From NCBI GenBank assembly GCA_963663235.2, contig CAXXNO010000004.1, positions 384,001 through 448,000 of the forward strand: a DNA stretch of 64,000 bases, in the 5' to 3' direction. Of this stretch, positions 50,737-59,232 are shown in pieces. Within the stretch, counting starts at the first letter, position 1. Each line of letters begins with the position of its first letter. The position numbers and the translations under genes are program-made. A model generated the notes under the pieces. It ran no database searches. It saw nothing but the letters and a program-made list of their open reading frames with translations, and was not told where the DNA came from. The DNA is from Dehalococcoidia bacterium. GTDB lineage: Bacteria > Chloroflexota > Dehalococcoidia > Bin125.

Positions 50737-51984
50737 ATGATGGAAAAATCTATGCCAGCCGCTTCGACCCGCATTCGGAGGATCGCACTCCGAACGGCGC
50801 TGCTTGTGGTCGTGGCGACGCTCGGTCTGGTGGTCACGGGCGCGCTGCCCACGCTGCTGGGCTATGACTCGTTTGTGGTCACGGGAAGCAGCATGGAGCC
50901 CACGGTACGCAAGGGCTCCGTCGTGATCGCGCGGCGGGTCGCCCCCCACACGATCGCGGCCGGCGACATCATCACGTTCCGCCGGACGCAGGATCCCGGC
51001 GTCGCGGTCACGCACCGCGTCATCGACGTGCGCGAAGTGGACGGTGTCCCGGTCTTCGAGACCAAAGGAGACGCCAACGAGACCGCGGATCCGGAGGCCG
51101 TGCAGGCCACCGCGTTGATCTCCAAGATGCAGTATTCCGTCCCCTATGTGGGCTACGTATTGATGTTCGGACGGTCGACGATGGGCAAGGCGGTGCTGAT
51201 TGTGGTTCCCCTGCTCGCTCTGGCCCTGAGCTTCCTCCCGGCCCGGCGCTTGCGCCGGAGGGACGGGGGGGTGGAGGCGACGGCGGCCTCGCCTGAGCCG
51301 AGCGAAGCGCCGGCGCGGGTCGCGCCAGAGGAGCCGCCGCCTGCGCGTCGGTTCCCGCCGGGCCCCGCGGCGGCCCCGGATCCGATGGCGGGCCCGGCCG
51401 TGATGGTGGCCCCGGCCGTGATGGCGGCCCAGCCTCCGACGGCCGTCCCGGCCCGTCCAGCGGCCCCGGCGCGTGCGGCGGCCCCGGCCGTGATGGCGGC
51501 CCCGCCTCCGATAGTGACTCTGCCTCCGACGGCGGCCCCGGTCCGTGCGGCGGCCTCGCTCCCTATGGTGGCCCCGCCTCCGAGGGCGGCCCCGGCCCGT
51601 GCCGCGGCCTCGCTCCCTATGGTGGCCCTGCCTCCGATGGCGGCCCCGGCCGTGAAGGCGGCCCCGCCTCCGATAGTGACTCCGCCTCCGACGGCGGCCC
51701 CGGCCCGTGCGGCGGCCTCGCTCCCTGTGGTGGCCCCGCCTCCGACGGCGGCCCCGGCCCGTGCGGGGATCCTGCTTCCTGTGGCGCGCCCGACCCCTAC
51801 GGTCCTCCGGGCCCCCGCGGCGGTCCCGGTCTCCGCGCCGCCCAGCATGGCGCTCGCCTCCGATCGCGGCGCAGCGACTTCGCAACGGCAGCCGGACCGG
51901 TCCCATAACGCCGCCGCCGCGGCGCGGGCGCGGATCCTGGCCAGGCTGACCGCTCAGGTGGCGCATAGAGGGGCGACGGCTTAA
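50737..51984 (+). CDS. sipW: Signal peptidase I, SipW/ER-type, with Pro/Ala-rich repetitive C-terminal tail
   Basis: VVTGSSMEPT (Ser), GDIITF, VTHRVI (His base), ETKGDAN..DP, VPYVGY. Confidence 0.9.
   Translation: MMEKSMPAASTRIRRIALRTALLVVVATLGLVVTGALPTLLGYDSFVVTGSSMEPTVRKGSVVIARRVAPHTIAAGDIITFRRTQDPGVAVTHRVIDVREVDGVPVFETKGDANETADPEAVQATALISKMQYSVPYVGYVLMFGRSTMGKAVLIVVPLLALALSFLPARRLRRRDGGVEATAASPEPSEAPARVAPEEPPPARRFPPGPAAAPDPMAGPAVMVAPAVMAAQPPTAVPARPAAPARAAAPAVMAAPPPIVTLPPTAAPVRAAASLPMVAPPPRAAPARAAASLPMVALPPMAAPAVKAAPPPIVTPPPTAAPARAAASLPVVAPPPTAAPARAGILLPVARPTPTVLRAPAAVPVSAPPSMALASDRGAATSQRQPDRSHNAAAAARARILARLTAQVAHRGATA
51390..51770. repeat. Imperfect ~54-bp tandem repeats (PPTAAPARAAASLPMVAP) in the SipW tail
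   Basis: Recurring GCCTCCGACGGCGGCCCCGGCCCGTGCGGCGGCCTCGCTCCCT units. Confidence 0.8.
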
Positions 51985-51988
51985 CGCG

Positions 51989-54880
51989 ATGACTACACGC
52001 GCGCTCAGCTGGAGAATTGGTGTCGCGCTCTTGAGCCTCGTGGCGCTGGGCGCCTCGATCGTCGTGACGGGCGCCAGCGGCGCGTTCTTCACGGATGGCG
52101 AGCCGAACGCCGCCAACACCTTCACCACCGACACGCTGCAGCCCGTCACGGGCCTGACTGCGGGCGCCAACGGGCAGACCGCCATCGACCTGAGCTGGAC
52201 GGCGAGCGCATCGGCCGACGCCGCCGGGTACAACGTCTACCGCAGCGCGACTTCGGGCAGCGGCTACGCGCTGGTGACCACCCTGGCCGGCGGAGCGACC
52301 ACGAGCTACGGCGACAGCGGCCTCACCGCCGCGACGACGTACTACTACGTCCTGGAGACCACCTTCCAGAACTGGGTCAGCGTCTACTCGGCCGAGGCCT
52401 CGGCGACGACCGGCGCGCTCCCGGCGCCCACGGTCGGCAGCGTCAGCCCGACCGGCGGCACCACGGCGGGCGGCACGGCGGTCACGATCACGGGCACGAA
52501 CTTCGTGGCCGGGGCCACGGTGAGCTTCGGCGGCGCGGCCGCCACCAACGTCAGCGTGGCCAGCGCCACCAGCATCACCGCCGACACGCCCGCCGACACG
52601 CCCGCCCACGCGGCCGGGACCGTGGACGTGGTGGTCACCAACCCCGACCTCCAGAGCGGCACCCTGGCGAGTGGCTACACCTACGCGGCGGCGCCCACGG
52701 TCGCCAGCGTCAGTCCGGCCAGCGGCCCCGCGGCGGGCGGCACGGCGGTCACGATCACGGGCACGAACTTCGTGGCCGGGGCCACGGTGAGCTTCGGCGG
52801 CGCGGCCGCCACCAACGTCAGCGTGGCCAGCGCCACCAGCATCACCGCCGACACGCCCGCCCACGCGGCCGGGCCCGTGGACGTGGTGGTCACCAACCCC
52901 GACCTCCAGAGCGGCACCCTGGCGAGTGGCTACACCTACCAGGAGCCGCCGCCGTCTAGGTTCCAGAGCGTCGCGACGGCGATCACCAGCAGCAACGCAC
53001 CGAGTCTCGCCATCGGCCTGCCCGCCGGCACGGTCGCCGGCAACTTCCTTGTGGCGGCCCTCTCAATCGACGGAGGTGTGACGATCACGCCGCCCGCGGG
53101 CTGGACCGAGATCCTTCAGACCAGCGACGGCGATCGTACGAACTTGGGCGTCTGGTACAGGGTCGCGACCGGCTCGGAGCCGTCCTCGTACACCTTCTCC
53201 TGGGGCGCGAACGAAAAGGCGACGGGCGCGATCCTGCGCTACAGCGGCGTAGACAACGCCAACCCGATCGACGGTTTCGGAGCCGCCTTCGGCAACAGCA
53301 TCAACCCGACCGCGCCGAGCGTGACCACGACGGTCGCCGACACGCTGGTGCTGCGCGTCGCCGCGATGGAGGGGGAAAAGCTGCCCACGCCGTCGAGCGG
53401 CGTGTATCCCGCGGGCACGGACGGCCGCTACGCCCATCAAACCAGCGGCTCCGGCTCGAGCACTGGCGCGGGCGCGGATCTGGCGCAGGCGTCGGCCGGA
53501 GCCACGGGGACGGCGGCGTTCACACTCAGCGGCGCGAAGGCGTGGGTGACGGCCACGATCGCGATCAGGCCGGGCTCCGGCGCGCCCCTCCCGGCCCCCA
53601 CGGTGAGCAGCGTCAGCCCGGCCACCGGCTCCACGGCGGGCGGCACGGCGGTCACGATCACGGGCGCGGACTTCGTGGCCGGGGCCACGGTGAGCTTCGG
53701 CGGCGTGGCCGCCACCAACGTCAGCGTGGCCAGCGCCACCAGCATCACCGCCGACACGCCCGCCCGCGCGGCCGGGGCCGTGGACGTGGTCGTCATCAAC
53801 CCCGACCTCCAGAGCGGCACCCTGGTGAGTGGCTACACCTACGCGGCGGCGCCCACGGTCGGCAGCGTCAGCCCGGCCAGCGGCCCGCCCGCGGGCGGCA
53901 CGGCGGTCACGATCACGGGCGCGAACTTCGTGGCTGGGGCCACGGTGACCTTCGGCGGCGTAGCCGCCACCAACGTCAGCGTGGCCAGCGCCACCAGCAT
54001 CACCGCCGACACGCCCGCCCACGCGGTCGGGGCCGTGGACGTGGTGGTCACCAACCCCGACCTCCAGAGCGGCACCCTGGCGAGTGGCTACGCCTACCAG
54101 GGGCCGCCCGTCAGCGTGGCGGCCAGCCCGGGCAGCGGCACGGCCGTCTCGCTGTCCTGGTCCGCCTCGACGAACATGTCCGTCGAGGGCTATAACATCC
54201 TCCGCAGCACCACCTCCGGCAGTGGATACACGACGGTGACCAGCGTCGCCGGCCGGTTGACGATCACCTATGCGGACACGCCGCCGGACGCCGAGACTAG
54301 TTACTACTACGTAGTGGAGCCGTACTACAGCGCCGGCACCGACCCCGTGTCCAACGAGGCCGCGCGCGCGGTCCTGGTGTCCACGGCGGACGGCTACATC
54401 AAGCTGGACAAGCCCGACGAGGTCCGCGGCGGCGAAAACGCCTTCTATGTCAGGAGCGAACCAAGCAAGGACAAGCGCTCCTTCGTGCAGTTCGACCTGA
54501 GCGGCATCCCTGCCTCGGCGACGGTCGATACCGCCACCCTGCGCCTGTTCATGAACGACGCGCCGGCTGCAGCGAGAATCTACGAGGCGCAGCGGGCCAG
54601 CGCGGCGTGGGCGGAGGGCACCCTCAACTGGAACACCCAGCCGGCGGTGTCAGGGGTGGCGGTGACGGCCGCAATCGGGACCATCAATAACACCTGGAAC
54701 GAATGGACCATCACGGTGGACCTACAGGCCTTCGTGGACGGGTCGGTCAGCAACAACGGCTGGCGGTTCAACGATCAGACGGCAGGGGCCAGTCCAACCC
54801 AGGAGGGCGAGCATCGGACCCGCGAGCACGGGACCGCGGCGGAGCGCCCTCACTTGGTGGTGTTCTATGCGACGCCCTAA
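51989..54880 (+). CDS. Large SipW-substrate adhesin: Fn3 + 4 IPT/TIG + beta-sandwich + Fn3 + DNRLRE-like domain
   Basis: Leader ASGA-FFTDGEPNAANTFTT; Fn3 (IDLSWTAS, GYNVYRS, YYYV); four PTV.SVSP..G...GGTAVTITG.NF repeats; C-terminal RSFVQFDLSGIP...ATLRLF...W.E..LNWN.QP...RPHLVV. Confidence 0.85.
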   Translation: MTTRALSWRIGVALLSLVALGASIVVTGASGAFFTDGEPNAANTFTTDTLQPVTGLTAGANGQTAIDLSWTASASADAAGYNVYRSATSGSGYALVTTLAGGATTSYGDSGLTAATTYYYVLETTFQNWVSVYSAEASATTGALPAPTVGSVSPTGGTTAGGTAVTITGTNFVAGATVSFGGAAATNVSVASATSITADTPADTPAHAAGTVDVVVTNPDLQSGTLASGYTYAAAPTVASVSPASGPAAGGTAVTITGTNFVAGATVSFGGAAATNVSVASATSITADTPAHAAGPVDVVVTNPDLQSGTLASGYTYQEPPPSRFQSVATAITSSNAPSLAIGLPAGTVAGNFLVAALSIDGGVTITPPAGWTEILQTSDGDRTNLGVWYRVATGSEPSSYTFSWGANEKATGAILRYSGVDNANPIDGFGAAFGNSINPTAPSVTTTVADTLVLRVAAMEGEKLPTPSSGVYPAGTDGRYAHQTSGSGSSTGAGADLAQASAGATGTAAFTLSGAKAWVTATIAIRPGSGAPLPAPTVSSVSPATGSTAGGTAVTITGADFVAGATVSFGGVAATNVSVASATSITADTPARAAGAVDVVVINPDLQSGTLVSGYTYAAAPTVGSVSPASGPPAGGTAVTITGANFVAGATVTFGGVAATNVSVASATSITADTPAHAVGAVDVVVTNPDLQSGTLASGYAYQGPPVSVAASPGSGTAVSLSWSASTNMSVEGYNILRSTTSGSGYTTVTSVAGRLTITYADTPPDAETSYYYVVEPYYSAGTDPVSNEAARAVLVSTADGYIKLDKPDEVRGGENAFYVRSEPSKDKRSFVQFDLSGIPASATVDTATLRLFMNDAPAAARIYEAQRASAAWAEGTLNWNTQPAVSGVAVTAAIGTINNTWNEWTITVDLQAFVDGSVSNNGWRFNDQTAGASPTQEGEHRTREHGTAAERPHLVVFYATP
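52420..54100. repeat. Four near-identical ~255-bp IPT/TIG-coding repeats in two tandem pairs (about 52420-52940 and 53590-54100)
   Basis: GGCGGCACGGCGGTCACGATCACGGGC...AACCCCGACCTCCAGAGCGGCACCCTGG occurs four times. The first copy has a 12-bp duplication (ADTPADTP) at 52580-52603. Confidence 0.9.
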
Positions 54881-54897
54881 GCCTGTAGGGTGCCAAA

Positions 54898-55012
54898 ACC
54901 TGTGGGACCACAAAATGCGGATCGTCACGCGACCATCCGTTCGTAGCGATGATGGAGCCCCCCCGAGCATCGGAATCGCGACCACCTGTGGGACCACGAA
55001 ACTCGGATCGTC
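54898..55012 (+). repeat. Intergenic 29-bp direct repeat, each copy with a TGTGG-GA-CCAC(A/G) dyad
   Basis: ACCTGTGGGACCACAAAATGCGGATCGTC (54898-54926) vs ACCTGTGGGACCACGAAACTCGGATCGTC (54984-55012); 26/29 identical. Confidence 0.85.
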
Positions 55013-55092
55013 GACGATTGCCCGCTGATCTGAAGGCCAGGAGCCATCGGATGACGTTGCTTTCCGTCCGTTCGATGAGCTGGAGGTGGACC

Positions 55093-56620
55093 GTGCAGGA
55101 AAAGAAACGCAAGCGGAATGCAGCCTCGGTGGCAGGGCGGCGGGACTTGATTCGGGTGGGCTCGGCCACTGTTGCCCTCGCGTTGCTTGCGGCTGTTGGG
55201 CTGGCGCTCTTCGCCTTTAGCGCTAGCCAGGCCTACGCGACGGGCGGCCAGTGCGAAGACCTGACGAATAACGGCAACATCATCGCCAAAGTGACCTCGC
55301 CGACGGGCAGCGGCAGCCCGGACATCGAGGTCATCCGCGACGGCGTCTTTCCCCCGGTCGGCAGCGGCGACACGTTGGCTCAGTACGACACCTTCGACGG
55401 CGCCAACACGGCGACGGAAGATTGGATCGGCTACTCGCTCCAGTTCAGCTTCACCTGGGAGGAAGTCATCTTCCAGGAAGGGATACATTTCTGGGACGGC
55501 GGCTGGTTCGAATCGCTTACCGTCCAGGTCCGCCAGAGTGGGGACTGGAACACCGTAACGGGCCTCTTCATCTCGCCGTCCTACCCCTTCGTCAACAACG
55601 GCGTGTCGTACGAGACCTACACCCTGACATTCGACCCCATTCCCGGCGACGGCATCCGCATCTTCGGCGCGCCCGGTGGCAACGCGGCCTTCATCTCAGT
55701 GGGCGAGTTGAGAGTCTTCGGCGACTGCAACCCGCCGCCGCCGCCCCCCCGCCGCCGCCTCCGGTCTGTGACAACAACTTGACCGGTGGTGCACAGATCG
55801 TCGCCCGTGTGACCGCAGCGACGGGCGGCGGCTCCCCGAACATCGAGGTCATCCGCGACGGCATCTTCCCGCCGGTTGGCAGCGGCAGCTCGGCGACGCA
55901 GTACGACACGTTCGATGGCGTCAACGCGGCCTTCGAGGATTGGATCGGCTACACGTTCCCTGCCGCGCACCTCTGGGAAGCGGTCCTCTTCCAGGAAGGG
56001 CGGCACTTCTGGGACGATGGCTGGTTCGACAGCCTGACCGTGCAGGTCCGCCAGAGCGGGACCTGGGTGCCGGTGACTGGCCTGTCCATCGTCCCGGCCT
56101 ACCCCGGTTTCGATAACGGCCTCTCTTACGAGACCTTCGCGCTGTCGTTCGTTCCGATCAGCGGCGACGGCATCCGCATCTTCGGCGCCCCCGGCGGGTT
56201 TGCCGACTTCATCTCCGTCGGCGAGCTGAGCGTCTTCGGAGACTGCCAGCCGCCGCCGCCCCCCCCCCCCCCCCCCCCCCGGCCTCCTGCGAAGACGGGA
56301 AGATGGCCACCATCACGTTGCAGCTGACCGCCGCGCCGGCGGGGCCCGGCCCGTACACGGTCGTGGTCTTCACCGACAAGAACAACCCGCTCGGCACGTT
56401 CACCGTGTCCGTTGGTGACACCTTCACGGTCGGAACCCCCGGCCAGAAGTTCGAAAAGTCGAGCATCGAACTGACGTTCACCGGGCCGGCGAGCACCAGC
56501 GGGATGAAGGTGCACGTCTCGTGCTCCGACGACCCCGTCGCCGGTGTGACCACCCACTCGCAAGATGGCTTCACGACGCTGATCACGACCTTCACGACGG
56601 TGCCGAAGAAGAAGAAGTAG
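55093..56620 (+). pseudogene. Secreted protein with two tandem galactose-binding-like (discoidin-like) domains, split by two poly-C frameshifts
   Basis: GGAGGT RBS + GTG at 55093 and a signal peptide ending AYA. Domain copy 1, copy 2 and the C-terminal domain lie in three frames, switching at C7 (55744-55750) and C22 (56259-56280). The fold assignment is inference. Confidence 0.78.
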
Positions 56621-56700
56621 GGCAATATTGAGGGGATCCGTCTCGCCACGCGGGCAACCGTTGCGGTGAGACGGATTCGGCAGCGGTCCGGGCGCCGCCC

Positions 56701-56964
56701 CTACGGCCTGCCGGGCCGGGCTTGGGTAGTGCGATCCAGCCCGGCCTCGACCTTGGCGATGATGCGCTCGGCGTCGATCGGGGGGGCGCTCTCCCAGAAC
56801 CGCACCAGCGCCTCGACGGCTTCGGCCAGGGCCTCCAGCTCATCGAGCACGGTGTCTTCCGCGATCGCCACGTCCTCGGGCGCGGCGGTCACCCCGCCGG
56901 CCCCTCTGGCGGCCAGGCGCCGATCCAAACGGTCGGCCAGTTGCGCGTCTCGGTCCTCTGGCAC
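56701..56964 (-). CDS. Small hypothetical protein divergent from flp
   Basis: GGGAG RBS shortly before GTG, helical acidic composition, and it fills an otherwise empty gap. Confidence 0.45.
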   Translation of the reverse strand: MPEDRDAQLADRLDRRLAARGAGGVTAAPEDVAIAEDTVLDELEALAEAVEALVRFWESAPPIDAERIIAKVEAGLDRTTQARPGRP

Positions 56965-57220
56965 TACAAGCTCCCGTCCCGGCGTCGACCATATGAGGGT
57001 AGGGAAGGGGCGTCGCTCCAGGCAAGGCGCACTCGGCCCAGGAGGAAAGGGTGCCCTCCTTCTGGGCGCGACCGGGGTGAAGCGGTCCAGCCCGCTCCCG
57101 GGGGCGGAAAAGACATCTCACGGCGTCACGTACCCCTAGCTCAGGAGTCAGTTAAGCATAAGGGACTCCGGCTCCGGCAGCCGAGCACGCCGGGCCGGCA
57201 AGCGAAATAGAGGAGAAACC

Positions 57221-57418
57221 ATGCGAAACGTGATGCTCAAGACTGCCAGCAAGCTGAACGATGCGCGCCGACGGCTGCACCGTGACGAAGAGGGCGCGGG
57301 CGTCCTGGAGTACGCCCTGGTGGCCGGGGTGGTTTCCGCCGCTCTGATCGCCGCACTCGCCACCTTCGCGGGGGACGTCGTGGACGCCGCGGGGGTCGCG
57401 GTCAACGCGCTGATCTAG
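57221..57418 (+). CDS. flp: Flp family type IVc pilin
   Basis: RDEEG/AGVLEYALVAGVV: G cleavage site, E+5, Y+6, hydrophobic helix. GAGGAG RBS. Confidence 0.92.
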   Translation: MRNVMLKTASKLNDARRRLHRDEEGAGVLEYALVAGVVSAALIAALATFAGDVVDAAGVAVNALI

Positions 57419-57459
57419 CCGCCGCATCCATCCCAGCGAGGGAGCAGTCACGCGCTGAG

Positions 57460-57486
57460 GGAGAGCCGGGCCAACTCCGGCTCTCC
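57460..57486 (+). terminator. GC-rich hairpin after flp (terminator or mRNA-stabilising stem)
   Basis: GGAGAGCCGG-GCCAACT-CCGGCTCTCC, a perfect 10-bp stem with no U tract. Confidence 0.55.
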
Positions 57487-57517
57487 TGGGCAGCGCGCGC
57501 TGAGGGCCCAACGTCCG

Positions 57518-57838
57518 ATGTTCCGGAAACTCTGGAAGCCGCAGGAAGGCGTCGCCGCCCTCGAGATGGCGCTGATCATGCCGGTGATCGCCATGATCAT
57601 CATCGACACGGGGCTGTTCTTCTTCGACTACGTCAGCGCCGCCAACGCCACCCGTGAGGGGGCGCGCTGCGGCGCCGTAGGGGGCGCGGACACGGTCATC
57701 GAGGACCGGGTGGCGGAAACCTACGGCTTTGCCGATCCCACGCTCGTCGTCACCGACCGCACGGGCGGGCAGATCGGTGACGACATCATCGTGACGACGA
57801 CGTTCGACCACGATGCGGATCGAGATGGACACGATTAA
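57518..57838 (+). CDS. tadE: TadE-like pseudopilin (possibly internally deleted)
   Basis: EG/VAALEMALIMP and NATREGARCGAV motifs; abrupt C-terminus. Confidence 0.8.
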   Translation: MFRKLWKPQEGVAALEMALIMPVIAMIIIDTGLFFFDYVSAANATREGARCGAVGGADTVIEDRVAETYGFADPTLVVTDRTGGQIGDDIIVTTTFDHDADRDGHD

Positions 57839-57954
57839 TCCGGACCAATGCGGCACTTGACCCGGGCCAATGCGGCACTGATGCCGGCGGTGACGACGAT
57901 GACGACTAGGGCAACTCGCCAGGCCGCGCTGCGTAGCTCGCGACGCCGTCCACG

Positions 57955-59205
57955 ATGAGCAAGACGATTCGACGGCTCCGGGGCGAGACGGGCACAGTGG
58001 CCATCCTGTTTGCGGTGGGCATGACGAGCTTCATGGCGTTCCTGGCCATCGTGGTGGAGGTCGGGTTGATCCACGCGGAGAAGACGAACTTGCAGGCCGC
58101 CGCGGACGCCGCGGCCCTGGCCGGGGTCCAGTCGCTGCCCTGGAACCCGGCGCAGGCGGTGCTGGACGCGCAGGAGTGGGCGGCCAAGAACGTGGACGGC
58201 TTGACGTTCAACGACGCCGTGGTCGTCGACGGACAGCGCATCGAGGTGACGGTGCGGCGCAACGCCATCGGCGTCTTCAACGGCGCGCTGAGCCTGGGCA
58301 AGCCGGAGGTGGAGGCCACCGCGTCGGCGCTGGCCCTGAACACGGGCGTTCCCTACGCCATCTTCGGCATCGGCGATAAGTGCAGCGGCGGAACCCGCCC
58401 CGTCAAGATCGAGGGCTCGGGCGCCCTGGTCACCGGCACGGTCCACAGCAACGGCCGCATCAAGGTCAGCGGCGGATCGCACGAGGTCCAGGGCATAGTC
58501 ACGTACGTCTGCGACCCCCCGGGCATCAACGGGAGCGGCCACGATTTCCAAGGCGGGCTCGCGGAGATCGAGCCGAGGCCTACTCCCTTGGAGCCCCCCG
58601 ATCTGGCCCCATATTTCGCCTACCTCGCGAGCCCGGCGACCTGCACCTTCGAGCTCACGGGCTCGGACGAGCTCAAGAATTATCCGGAGTTTTGGGTGGA
58701 CGGCGATCCCGACTCCAACCAACTCCTCCCGGGCGTGTACTGCTCCGACGACGACATCGAGCTCAAGCAGTCAAACGTCTCGGGGACGGTCACCTTCATC
58801 GCCGACCAGAAGGTCAAGATCAGCGGCCACGACATCATCCTGACGGCCTTCGTCGGGGGCGTGCTCGTCTTTTCGGCCGACTACAAGGTCGAGTGGACCG
58901 GGAACAATGGGCAGTGGACCGGCGACATGCTGGCCGCCGACGGCGAGATCAAGGTGTCCGGCAGCGACCACAGCTGGACCGGTGATATGTATTCCGCCGA
59001 CGGCGAGATCAAGATTTCCGGCAGCGACGCCACCTGGACCGGCAATCTCTTCGCCCCAAACGACAAGGTGGAGGTGACGGGCGCGCGCGCGACCGCGACC
59101 GGGGTGCTGGTCGGCGATGAAGTGAAGCTCAACGGGAGCGACATCACGATCAACTACAACCCGGCCCACGAGGGCACCACAATCCTGTATCGCCTGGTCG
59201 CGTAA
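57955..59205 (+). CDS. tadG: TadG-like minor pilin with C-terminal beta-solenoid-like repeats
   Basis: ETG/TVAILFAV, LQAAADAAALAG (Tad_N); repeats of WTGDMxxADGEIKxSGSD. Confidence 0.8.
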   Translation: MSKTIRRLRGETGTVAILFAVGMTSFMAFLAIVVEVGLIHAEKTNLQAAADAAALAGVQSLPWNPAQAVLDAQEWAAKNVDGLTFNDAVVVDGQRIEVTVRRNAIGVFNGALSLGKPEVEATASALALNTGVPYAIFGIGDKCSGGTRPVKIEGSGALVTGTVHSNGRIKVSGGSHEVQGIVTYVCDPPGINGSGHDFQGGLAEIEPRPTPLEPPDLAPYFAYLASPATCTFELTGSDELKNYPEFWVDGDPDSNQLLPGVYCSDDDIELKQSNVSGTVTFIADQKVKISGHDIILTAFVGGVLVFSADYKVEWTGNNGQWTGDMLAADGEIKVSGSDHSWTGDMYSADGEIKISGSDATWTGNLFAPNDKVEVTGARATATGVLVGDEVKLNGSDITINYNPAHEGTTILYRLVA

Positions 59206-59232
59206 CCAGCGCACTGAAGGAGCAGGGACATC

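Noticed and set aside
52420-55012. Repeats as a CRISPR array
   Set aside because: The long repeats are in-frame IPT domain copies. The 29-bp repeat has only two copies with a 57-bp gap, and no cas genes are present.
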